Source: Lingula anatina (lineage: Eukaryota; Animalia; Brachiopoda). From it: a stretch of 64,000 bases of DNA. The notes beneath the pieces were generated by a model. It was not told the origin of the DNA. It did not search any database and saw only the letters and a list, made by a program, of their open reading frames with translations. Positions 1-10,900 of this stretch are shown here, in pieces. The translations under genes and the position numbers were made by a program. Location: the NCBI GenBank assembly GCA_051362555.1, contig CM120640.1:60862788-60926787 (forward strand), read 5' to 3'. The stretch's first letter is position 1. Every line of letters starts with the position of its first letter.

Positions 1-469
1 TATTTCCATCAAATGCTTTATTGTTTTATTTAGTCACCCACGGTTGCCTTCCCCCTCTCGTGTGAAAGACCAATGGACGGAATGCACTTAGGTCTCTGGA
101 CAGACTGGAAAGAATCTCAGTGCCATCATCCTACAAATGTTTCTTTTAGATGAATAAAGAAACCAATCGTAAAAATCACATAATTAAATTTATACAAACG
201 GTGTGTTTAATGAATGGCACCAAACCAAGTTTTTGTGCATTTGCGTCTGCTTCATTACACATCTTATAACTAGAGGATCAGAGAGGCGATACCGCCTCCG
301 GGTATTGTACCACCAGCTGGAGTAAGTGCATTCGTATGTTAAAGCAAAAAAGGACACCACCTCTAGTGTTCTGCTTGACAAGATCTACAAAATGCAGCCT
401 AGAGTTCTAAATATTTTTATTGAAAATTACAATTTAAAACAAAATCATGGGGAAGAGTTAAAGTTTAAA

Positions 470-1195
470 TCCAAATTTGTGAAGTGCGATTCATGGCGAA
501 AAGAAGGTCAAAGGTCAATTTTAAGGTCACAGTTAGATTGCCAGTATATGACTTCTTATTCCAGTTCAATAGTAACTATGGGCATATCTCTGCTAGTTTT
601 GAAGATATAACAGATAGAAAGGTTGCAAAGTTCAGCTCATGGTGAATAGTAGGTCTAAGGTCAATTTTAAGGTCACAGTTAAATTGTCAATATATGACTT
701 CCTATTCAAGTTCAATAGTAACAATGGGCATATCTCTGCAGGTTTTGGAAATGTAAGGGACGAAAACCTTACAAAGTTCGGTTCATGGTGAAAAGTAGGT
801 CAAAAGTTAATTTTAAGGTCATAGTTAGATTGCCAGTATATATCTTCCTATTCAAGTTCAATAGTAACTACGGCATATTTCTGCTAGTTTTGGAGATATA
901 ACAGATGAAAAGGTTGTAAAGTTCAGTTCATGATAAAAAGTAGGTCGAAGGTCAATTTTAAGGTCACAGATTGCCAGTATATATCTTTCTATTCAAGTTC
1001 AATAGTAATCATGGCATATTTCTGCTAGTTTTGGAGATATAACAGATAGAAAGGTTGTAAAGTTCAGTTCATGATGAAAAGTAGGCCAAATGTCAATTTT
1101 AAGGTCACAGTTAGATTGCCAGTATATATTTTCCTATTTAACTTAATAGTAACTATGGACCTATCTCTGCTAGTTTTGGAGATGTAAGGGACCTA
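470..1195. repeat. Tandem array of ~146-bp units (about 5 copies)
   Basis: Motif ttaaggtca recurs at ~521, 667, 813, 958 and 1099, each followed by gattgccagtata...ttcaatagtaac. Confidence 0.9.
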
Positions 1196-2567
1196 ATGTT
1201 TCTATTTTGGAGATACAGTAATGTGCCATAAATTTCTACAAAATAAATTAATTGAAATAAAGAAAAGGTCATTTTGGTTGAAATTCTTGAAATGGGAGGT
1301 GCTCAGAAGCTCCAGATGTTCAAATTTCATGAAATAATGTCATCTTTGACCAGAAGTTGTCTGCCTCGCCAAGCCTTATGTTATCTTTTCCAGAAGTTCA
1401 AAAATTTTTACATATTATCGTATTGCACATTTTGCTTTCACTACCACAACGTACTTTTTTTTATACAGCATAACTTGTAAACCGTATGGAAAACAAAAAA
1501 ACGAAGACCACTTTTAGCGTTAAGCTTGACATAATCTATTAAATGCAAAAAACAAGAGGTCTCTAGCATTAACGGTTCCAGAATTAGAGATAGTTTTCTG
1601 TTTCGACATCAGATAGAAGACAAAACTGCCATTGTATACCATAAAAACTGTAATTATTTCTCTTTATTCGTAGCTTTAATTTATATAATGATTATGAAAA
1701 AATAAACCTAGGAGCATGATTCAGTTACCTTTTCCCCTCGGTACTCTGTTCTTCCACTCTTTCAAAAATGCTTTTAATCTTGTCTCATAACCATGCAAGA
1801 TATTTTCTCTATGATTTGACTGAAGTTCCAGTAACAAATACATGTACTCGTCGTCCACTGTATGCGACAAACAAGAGGCTAGGGCTTCAAACACTGGGAT
1901 TAACGCACCAAGGCGTAGTAAAATACAAGCGAAAGTGTACCGTAAGTGAAATACAAGAGCAATAAAGGGAACCGGACGATAAAGGATTGTGCCGGAAGTG
2001 CGGGTCCTATGACGTCGAGTGGTCTAAGACGTGAAGCTGCCTGGTAATTTTTTAACTGGAAGAACACGGGAGTGAAACCGTGAGTGCGAAGTTAAAGCAT
2101 ATGTCAACTTGATATTTAACCATCTAAAAACTTGTGACAACATTAAAAAAAGGATATATCATTGCACCTCGATCGTGGTTCGTTGCGATTTACAGTAGTT
2201 GTTAGTTGCGCTTTGCTTCCTGGTTTAAGGAGGTCTTTTAAGGACTCCAAAACATCTTTATTATTGCAGCACTTACATAAAACACCAAACAATAGCTAGA
2301 TATACGTAGGCATATCAGATTGCATACATGCAAAAATTGCACATGGCAACGGTTTACAGCCCAGCATGTTTTTCCCCTGACATTCTTTGCCGCGCTGTGG
2401 TGTAGGGGTCCATGTTCCTCCCTACCCAGGTTCATCTAATATTTCACTTGTCACTGATGCGTGGGAGAGGGAATATAACAACGAACTCACATGTTCAGTT
2501 ACAACTCTCAAGTTCCTTTATTAGGTCCAACATTCAGCATTTATACACATTATCTACAGGGAATCTA

Positions 2568-4056
2568 CAGGGTTACTACTTAATATGGAATATTATTTTT
2601 TGGCGAGTAAATATTCTACAAAATATTTATTTTCCCTCATACTCTTTTAAATCTAAAACTGAAGTGTCACTCCACGTGTAGCCAGGTGTGTTACCTAATT
2701 ACCACACAACTCTCGAAACAATTAATGCATGCAGTTGCATGTTCTGTGGTTAGAAATGTGAGGGGTGGTGTTTTCGGCAATTTCTGCCCTTGTATAAAAA
2801 CGCATGGGTTTGGTCAATCCTTAGAGAAGATATGGTTCGACAGCTAAGCAACGCAGCTTACGATGGGATTCTTGCTCTCAGGGAAAATGGTCAGAAACGG
2901 ACAGCCATTGCCAGACAATTCAACATTTTTCAGGAACCTTTTCCTTAGAGTGCGTCGTGCTGGTCGTACAAAGACAACCAGTGTCCTCAGAAAAGAGTGG
3001 CAGAATGCCTTTCAAACGCCCGTTTCAAGGTCCCTCGTGAATAAGAGATTACTGCAAACCGGTTATTTTGCACGAAGACCAGTATGGAAACCACTGTTAA
3101 CAGCAGGTCATATACAGCGACGTCTGCAATGGGCTGTGGACCAGGTGCGTTTGCAGCCAAAACACTGGAATCACGTCGTTTTCAGTGATGAGGCCAGATA
3201 TGGAATATTTGGGGTTGACGTGTACGAGAGGCATAAAAAGATGATTGTGTACTGCCTAGGGTGCAAGCAGGGGGTGGTAGAGTCTCTGTTTGGGGAACAT
3301 TCCATGGCGGTGCCCAGAAGCAGTTGGTTTTTCTAGGAGGCAACCTCAACCAGGATTTCTACAGAGACATTCTACAGCAAACAATGCTTCCATTTGTAAG
3401 AGTCATCTTCAGGAACAACTTTGTGTACCAAGACGACTGTGCAACCCCACATCGAGCTCGCAGAATCACTGTTTTTCTTCAAAACCAATGGGTTCAGCAA
3501 CTGCCCTGGCCTGCAAACTCCCCAGAAATGAACCCAATTGAAAATCTGTGGGCGGAAGTAACTCACAGAATTAATTGCTATGGTCATCAGCCGGTAAATC
3601 GTGATGAACTGCGACAGGCAAATATCACTGCGTGGAATGATATCCCCCCATCCAAACTCTAAAAAACTTGTCACAGGGTATGCCATGTAGGATGAGGGCG
3701 CTGCAAGCGGCTGCTGGAGGTCATACCCGCTATTGATGACTTTTCATGATTTATTGTAATGATTTCTTTGACTGTGTAACATATCACTGTCCGGAGGCTA
3801 TCATTTTCTTTAATATGTTAGCTTAAAGTTAATACTGACATCAAAATGTTGATATGGTTTTCTGGGGGTGTTCTTTTCTTTTGAATGTCATCTTATGTCA
3901 GATTTGATATTATTGACCAAAATATCGCACAATAGAAGACTGGATATTTTTATCACTCGATGACATATTTTTTTGATTAATCAAGCCAAAAAATATTTAA
4001 TCAGCACTCAAAAATAACAATGATAAAAAAATATTCCATATTAAGTAGTAACCCTG
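2568..4056 (+). mobile_element. Tc1/mariner (DD34E) DNA transposon, decayed
   Basis: Perfect 27-bp TIRs cagggttactacttaatatggaatatt (2568-2594, inverse at 4030-4056), flanked by TA on both sides; internal transposase remnants. Confidence 0.95.
2832..3736 (+). pseudogene. Tc1 transposase pseudogene
   Basis: Split over ORFs 2863-3336 and 3261-3662. Motifs WNHVVFSDE, YQDDCATPH, WPANSPEMNPIENLW (34 residues between 2nd D and E) and C-terminal GGHTRY*. Frameshifts and an in-frame stop at 3660-3662. Confidence 0.92.
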
Positions 4057-4539
4057 TATCTGCATGCCACAGTGGCAGCAACTCATTTAAATGCTAATTG
4101 CAATGCAATAGATAACAAGTGAGAGTTTCTTCTTATCAGTTATATCAGTTCTACTTATCAGGTATACCAATATAGAGGATGATAAATATTCATTCAAGAC
4201 TGAAGCAAGGTGAATGATAATATGCTGACTGATTATATAAATATAATATGTAAATGAGTGAGTTCATCACATGTATTTAGTGGACCTTAACAGTGGGTCG
4301 ATGCAGCAATCTATATTCAGCAATCAATATTCAGCAATCAAGGTTCGTGACGGTTTTCACATCATATTTCCAGTATTTCTACAAGTATTCTCTGCATAAA
4401 ACGTTGAAAGACAAACATATTATCTTACCATACCGTCATACAATTCGCACTCACAGCTCCACTCCCATCCGGTTCCCTTTATTATCCTATTGTACGAAGC
4501 GCCGACCGTAGGTACTGAAACGCTTGGTCAAAGACCCGT

Positions 4540-4820
4540 TTCAAGATGCCACGTGATTCTCCTTTGACTTGTTGTACTTCCATGAATTATGCGTCATCGT
4601 TACCTTTCGCACTATCATGACAACCTATCAATATTTGTGGTGGCAACATTTTCCGTTGACCGCATATAAAAAACGGGCTCTGAGGCACCCCGACACACAG
4701 CAGTGCTCATCGAGCGGGCTTCATCACTCGAAAAGAGACAAGGGGAAAAAAAACAACGAAGAAAAATAAACTATAACGCTGCACAGAAGGAACGTTTTTT
4801 GCAAAAGAGACAACACAAAG
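4540..4820 (+). promoter_or_regulatory. Putative promoter and non-coding exon 1 of fusion gene copy 1
   Basis: CCACGTG (~4549), TGCGTCA (~4590), TATAAAA (4665), then strong donor AAG|gtgagt at 4820/4821; block conserved upstream of copy 2. Confidence 0.6.
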
Positions 4821-7063
4821 GTGAGTAAAATACAAATGGGGGGCCTATATATATCAAAGAAAACAAAACAAGATAACCATTTTGAGTTATCTTGTTTCAT
4901 CATTATACTCCCCAGCAAGGTTCGAGCGCTATATGAATAGACAATATTATATCTATCAAAGAGAATAAACATTTTCGTGTGTTGATAATGGATTGGCACC
5001 TTATTGTATGGCATTTTTATTTTTCTAATTTAAGTTTGAAGAAATTCAAGTAGACTGTACGTTTTGGGAACAAAATTCAAGACCGAATTGCTATAAATTT
5101 ACGCGGCGATTAATGTAGTCTGTAGTCTGAAGATATTGTTAAGGTTACTGTAAGGGTTTATTATCATCCAGATAACAAAAATTAGGATTTTCTTGCATTT
5201 AATTATGCAATGATCCATCTACATTTGTGCTGGTTTAAAACAATAAAAATTCCCTCAGAAATATAAAATATTGGCGTTAGCATTTTTCTTAGCTATGTAC
5301 ATGCATAGGCAACTCAAAGCTTTTATTGTCAGTTTAACACCTTTCTATTTGGAGGTGATATTACAATCGGTATAAGGCGTAACTTCATCCCCGAACAAGA
5401 TTTTATCTCGAAAATCGGCGAAGTTGACGACTAGTGTATGAGCTTCAATCCCGTGCGTCATTTTGGTTTAATGTTTTTCTTATGAAGTTATGAGCCCCTG
5501 TTTACAATTTTTTTTATTAAACAAAGGCATTCTTTTGTTTTATCAACGATAAAATTTTAACCAATGCCTTAAAGAAAAATCGTTGGCAGGGTTTTTGAGT
5601 ACTAAATGGTGTCATTGAATTGGCGTTCGAACGGTGTTCGTAGGTGCTCAGGTAGAGGAATAATTAGAGAAACCGATTTTCACATTTTTATCCCAAAATC
5701 GTAATTACGACGTCACTCGTCAGATGACATGTGTGTAAATGTTCATAAATTTAGTCACTGAGCACTATAGATTTATATCTGTTCTCCAATATAATGCATG
5801 TAAGGCAGTGAATAAGAGTTTTTGGCAAACGCTTATAGTGTTTCTTTATACCTGCTTTAGTGCGACTCTTAAACATCGTGTTATACGTGTTTAAAAGCAA
5901 AACACTGTTTATACAGTGTGCGTTTTATGCTTATATTTAAAAAAGTTGGTTCGTATCCCAATCATTCTTGACAAAAAAAAAAAAAAGAAAAATCAGAAAA
6001 ATTTTTACAGAAAATTGATATATTATTAATCCCTGTCATCTTAGAACACTCATATCATATTTTTTTTCTGCATATCGGGGGATCTGGGAGGTTCGAACGA
6101 GCCGGCCATTTGGTCGGGAAAAGTCCGCTCTGGGCAAAATTTGATCAAGGTACACGAATGTTTCAAAGTAAAAAGTCCACTTTTTCAGAAAAAAAACCGT
6201 CGCTTTGCAATTAATGACTACTTGCTGTAAAATCTCCCTACTGAAGGAAGTAATCTAAAAAATGACAAATACAAGAGTGTAACTATCTCTGTTGCGCCTC
6301 GATAATTACTCTCTCGTAATTTAACTGTTTTTAAAACCTGAATTTTCATCAAGAAGAAATTGAAGTTAATCCTAGTGGTTGACAATAGCTGGATGCTGTA
6401 CTGTAGGGGCTAGCCCGAGGGTTGGACTATTTTTTTACCGGATATTTTTTTATCTTCGATATTTTTCATTTTTAGTATATTATGCAAGTTTATTACACCT
6501 CAAACGCTAAATAAAAATATGTATCATAAATTAAACGACGGACATGGATTATGTAACATGACAATTTTAGTCTAGAATACTTTTGTCTCGGACTCGAGAT
6601 GCGATTTTTCGTGCGATTTTTTTGACATCATAAGTCTTGACGGGCTACGGCGTGTATTTTACATTACGTACAGGTGGCGTGTCATGTTTTCGACGAAATC
6701 AGTTTGTTGGTTGAAAGGTCATCATATGGAGCTCTGTCAGTCTCAGTTGCCACACACCATCCGCACTTGCGGCTTCCTTGAAAATAGAAATGTTGTCGTT
6801 GCAGCCCGGCAGGTTTTTAGTGGACAAATTAAGAAGACACATGGCATCGAATTCAAACAAATGATTATATTAAGTTTAAAACATCTTCACTATTGTTATG
6901 TTTCAAAAATATTTTTTCACAATGCCTGGTAACGAAGATTTTTCAAATTACTTTCTATGAGAATGCAGTTTTGCCGTGTTTCCTGTGAAACATTTAACTT
7001 AACCCCGTCGCCATATTTATTTGCTAATGATGGATGAAACTAAATCGATGATTTTATTAAGGG

Positions 7064-7066
<3 letters not shown>

Positions 7067-7117
<51 letters not shown>
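7067..7117. repeat. (TA)n microsatellite
   Basis: Directly visible; similar tracts at ~25190-25246, 34279-34307 and 35204-35275. Confidence 0.95.
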
Positions 7118-7120
<3 letters not shown>

Positions 7121-7933
7121 AACAACTAAAAATATTGACATGCACCAAAAAGATGTAACAAAGGTTTTCAATTTTTAAAAATTGGACGACTCCATGAAAG
7201 TAGCCGCAAGCTAGTTATTTGAAAGCTAGTCAGTTGCTAGACTGATGTACGCTAATTTAACTTGATAAAAAATGCTTCCGCTTGCTTATTTTTAATGAAA
7301 ATTTTTAAAATGTACTATGGACTTAAAAATTGAAAATGAATGGTGGGCGTATTTGTGCCTCAAGGCGTATGTACTGCCTTTTGAGTAATACATACTAGTT
7401 TACAGTATATCAACGTATGCCGCCGTAGGTTCAACGTGTGTCAAAAGCATAATAACGTATGAATACCGTAAATATTTACAGCCTACGTCGAATTCAGATG
7501 GACGTGTTGGGCAACTGTTGGGAAACCCTTGGCATGAGATCCTTTCGTCGTTTATTGCCTTATGTATATGATAATAAAAAAATACCTCTAATGAATGAAT
7601 CCCATGAACGTACTCTATTAGACCTTTTACATATATTTATAATTAAAACCTATAGCTTACCTATCCTGCAGTTAAACCGTAATATCTATAAATCTAACTG
7701 GTTAGGTGAACGCACGTCAGGCTACTGTAGCTAACAAAAAATATATTTGAAATTGCTTCAACGGATATGTATTTCAATAAATCCTATAACGTCCCTCTTT
7801 ATTAAAGGTGTCTTAGCATTATTATTATTATTATTTATTTATTTATTTTTTATTTATTTTTTTTTTTTGAAAAAATTGTTTTACGGCATGTGTCTATCTT
7901 TTTTTCTTTTTTTTTCCCTTTTTTTTGCAGCAA

Positions 7934-10900
7934 ATGACTAATTTGAAATACCCTGTCCCAACATTGGAGTCCACTTTGAGTGAGCTGACCCGTGTTATGG
8001 ATCAGCTATTGGACAAGGAAAGGTTTGACGACTTCCAAAGCAGGCTCCGCGCATTGCAAGATGATGGAACATGGGAGAAGATACAATTAGCTTTCACCGA
8101 GGCTGTAAAAGACAAGGATAACTGGGCCACTGAGGGTTTCCATAAAAACCTGCTGTCCCTTCGATATCCAATCCCGAGTTCTACGGTGATAACCGCTCTT
8201 TTAGAGGACGACGAGAAGCATAGCGACCAGCTGCGTAGGGCTGCTACCCTGTTGCACGCTACAGCTTGTGTCAAGGTGAGAGTTTCCTTTAGCCTTTGTA
8301 CTGATATGGTTAAAAAATGTTGATTTAGTATTTATATTTGAACCAAGATATATATTGAAATTTCAGTGCAGTTAGAATATTTTAACATGATATCAAAATA
8401 TATTAACTTGTTCAATTTGTGGAAGACCTCCCATGAATCTCCTGGTCTATGTATAGAATTCGTCAATCCAAAATTGATTTTTTATGTAGGGTAATCTAAA
8501 TAACGTACAGTTTACTTATTTTGCAATATTTTGACATACAATTCGCTGCCCCTACTTCATGTGAAAGTTTTTATCTGGAGAGATAAGGATGAAATGAACA
8601 ATGTAACAAAAATTACACAACAGGCAAAGCCGGAACTTCTCACCAACTGCATTGGAATGGAACGAGGAGAACAACTGGAAACAAGCCAGGCTCATTACAT
8701 GCTGTCTTCATGCAGAGTTCCCGGGCTTGAAATGGACACCCTTGCTACATTTACCGACTCTCAACACGTTGTCGTTTTACAGAAAGGGGCAGCTTTTAAG
8801 GTATTTTTTTAAAATTAGAAATTGATAATGTTTTTTTCTTTCATTTGTATTTTAACTCACCTTGGATATCAATGTTTCTCTGTAGAAGTGATCAATGTTA
8901 AATACAAACAGATGGCATATCTGATACAAGCGACGCAACAGTGAAAGACTCATTACAATTTCCTGGAGAATCTTGCTATAAATGATTTTGTATTATGTAG
9001 GTCGATGTCATCCAACCAAATGGCCAACCTGTTTCCTTAGAGAAAATCTACCGACAACTGCAAGCAGTTACTAGACATGATGGTGCCCCACCTAGCATAG
9101 CTCCTTTTTCAGCCCTTGATCGTCCAACATGGGCTGGTATTCGGGAATCATTGATCCAAAGAGGTGCCAGTGATGCCATCCATGTCATGGAGAGCGCCAT
9201 CCTAGCCCTCAGCTTGGAGGAAAAAAGTGCACCAGATACCAGGAGTAAAATCTTAGAGGCCACCCGTCTTGGGAATGATACCCAGCAGTGTTACTATGAC
9301 AAAGTCATCAACCTTGTTGTGTATAAGGATGGCAAGACAGGTATGCTAGTAGAACACACTAGTGTGGATGCAGTGGTACCAGGTGCCTTGGTTTATTTAT
9401 TAACCTACCTCCCTAAAAATCTCTCATTCGACGAAAACCTTGACCCTGTAATATCATCCATCCCAGCTTGTCCCCTGGACTTCCATATTTCAACACAAGA
9501 CCAAAAGAAAATCCAGACAAATATCCCGACCAATGGCAGTGATCGCATTGTGAGTGAACTAGATATACCCATGCTTCCTGACATTATGAACCTTATACGG
9601 GAACAAAGATTGATTGACATTTGGATGAACCTGTCTACCCAGCTAGCATTGCAGTTGCCCAAAAACACCCTGAAGATTTTGATGGTGGAACCTACCCATG
9701 TGCGTCGATTTATAGAAGGGAGAAGCGATCCAACAATGCCAGTTACAGACCAATCTCGAACCTTCATAGATTCCCTTATAGCCAAAGAACCACATGGCGT
9801 TCTCTTTCAAAAATTTGCTGCTGCCACTCAAATGCATAAGAACCTGATTAGAGAAACCAAGCAAGGCAAGGCATTCGGACCCCATATTGCAGCATTGCGT
9901 AACATCCTTTTGACCGCAGCCAATGTTGATGCCACCCTCATTTCATACCTGAAGATATTTCAGGTACCAGAGGTATATTTCACAGGTAATGATGGTGTTA
10001 AAGGTCTTGTTACTTCTGTTGCAAATGTATATGCCCCAAATCAAATTTGCGTAGCCTACCATGCTAAACCAGACAAGATAGCCTTTCAAATTGCAGCCAA
10101 GGGCTTTTATCAGTGCCATATTTCAAGCTTTTTGGAGACACTAAGGCAAAGCATAGATGCTGTTATGCAGATTGTTGTTCCATTTTCTCTTGCCAAGCAG
10201 ATGGGTGCTCTGGAAAGCTTACAGATGTCTAGCAAAAGTGAACGTCCATTCTCCATCGTTCTTCATGCTGGTGCTGGTGAGAACTTCAAGCAAGACAACA
10301 AAGCTAAGAAGTTGATTGAGTTTGCAATGCAGGCTGCATTATCAGTTGGTTCTAAGATGCTGGCTGAAGGGAAACCTAGTCTTGAAGCTGTTCAGGCCAC
10401 TGTTGTCAGCTTGGAGAACTGTTTCCTTTTCAATGCAGGCAAAGGAGCTGTGCTCAATGCATCCGGGGAGCATGAGCTTGAAGCATGCATAATGGATGGG
10501 AAAACTGGAAAATGTGGAGCTGCAGCCTGTTTGAAAAGTGTGAAGAACCCAGTTGAAGCTGCCCGATTGGTTTGTGACAAAACCAAACATGTTCTTCTAA
10601 TCGGTGAAAAAGCTGAAACCCTTTGCAGAGAGAATGGTTTGGCTACTGTACCAAACAAATACTTCAAAACATTCATGAGGGAACAGCAATTCAGGCAAGT
10701 CGCATCTTCCGCATCAAACAACAACGATCCTCAGACTGTTGGTGCTGTTGCTGTAGATGTATATGGTAACCTTGCAGTAGCTACATCCACTGGTGGGGTG
10801 CTGAATAAGATGGAGGGAAGAGTTGGTGACACAGGAATCCCAGGTGCTGGTTGCTTTGCTGATGAGAAGGTTGCTGTTGCATGCTCAGGTGATGGGGAAG

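Noticed and set aside
326-610. Short ORFs here and in other intergenic or intronic AT-rich regions
   Set aside because: No recognisable motifs or splice-consistent context; they overlap repeats
470-1195. Regular repeats resembling a CRISPR array
   Set aside because: Whole ~146-bp units repeat with no unique spacers; no cas genes; eukaryotic context
5140-5875. Possible TTAA-flanked (Kolobok/piggyBac-like) insertion specific to copy 1
   Set aside because: Absent from copy 2, but the terminal inverted repeats are too degenerate to classify
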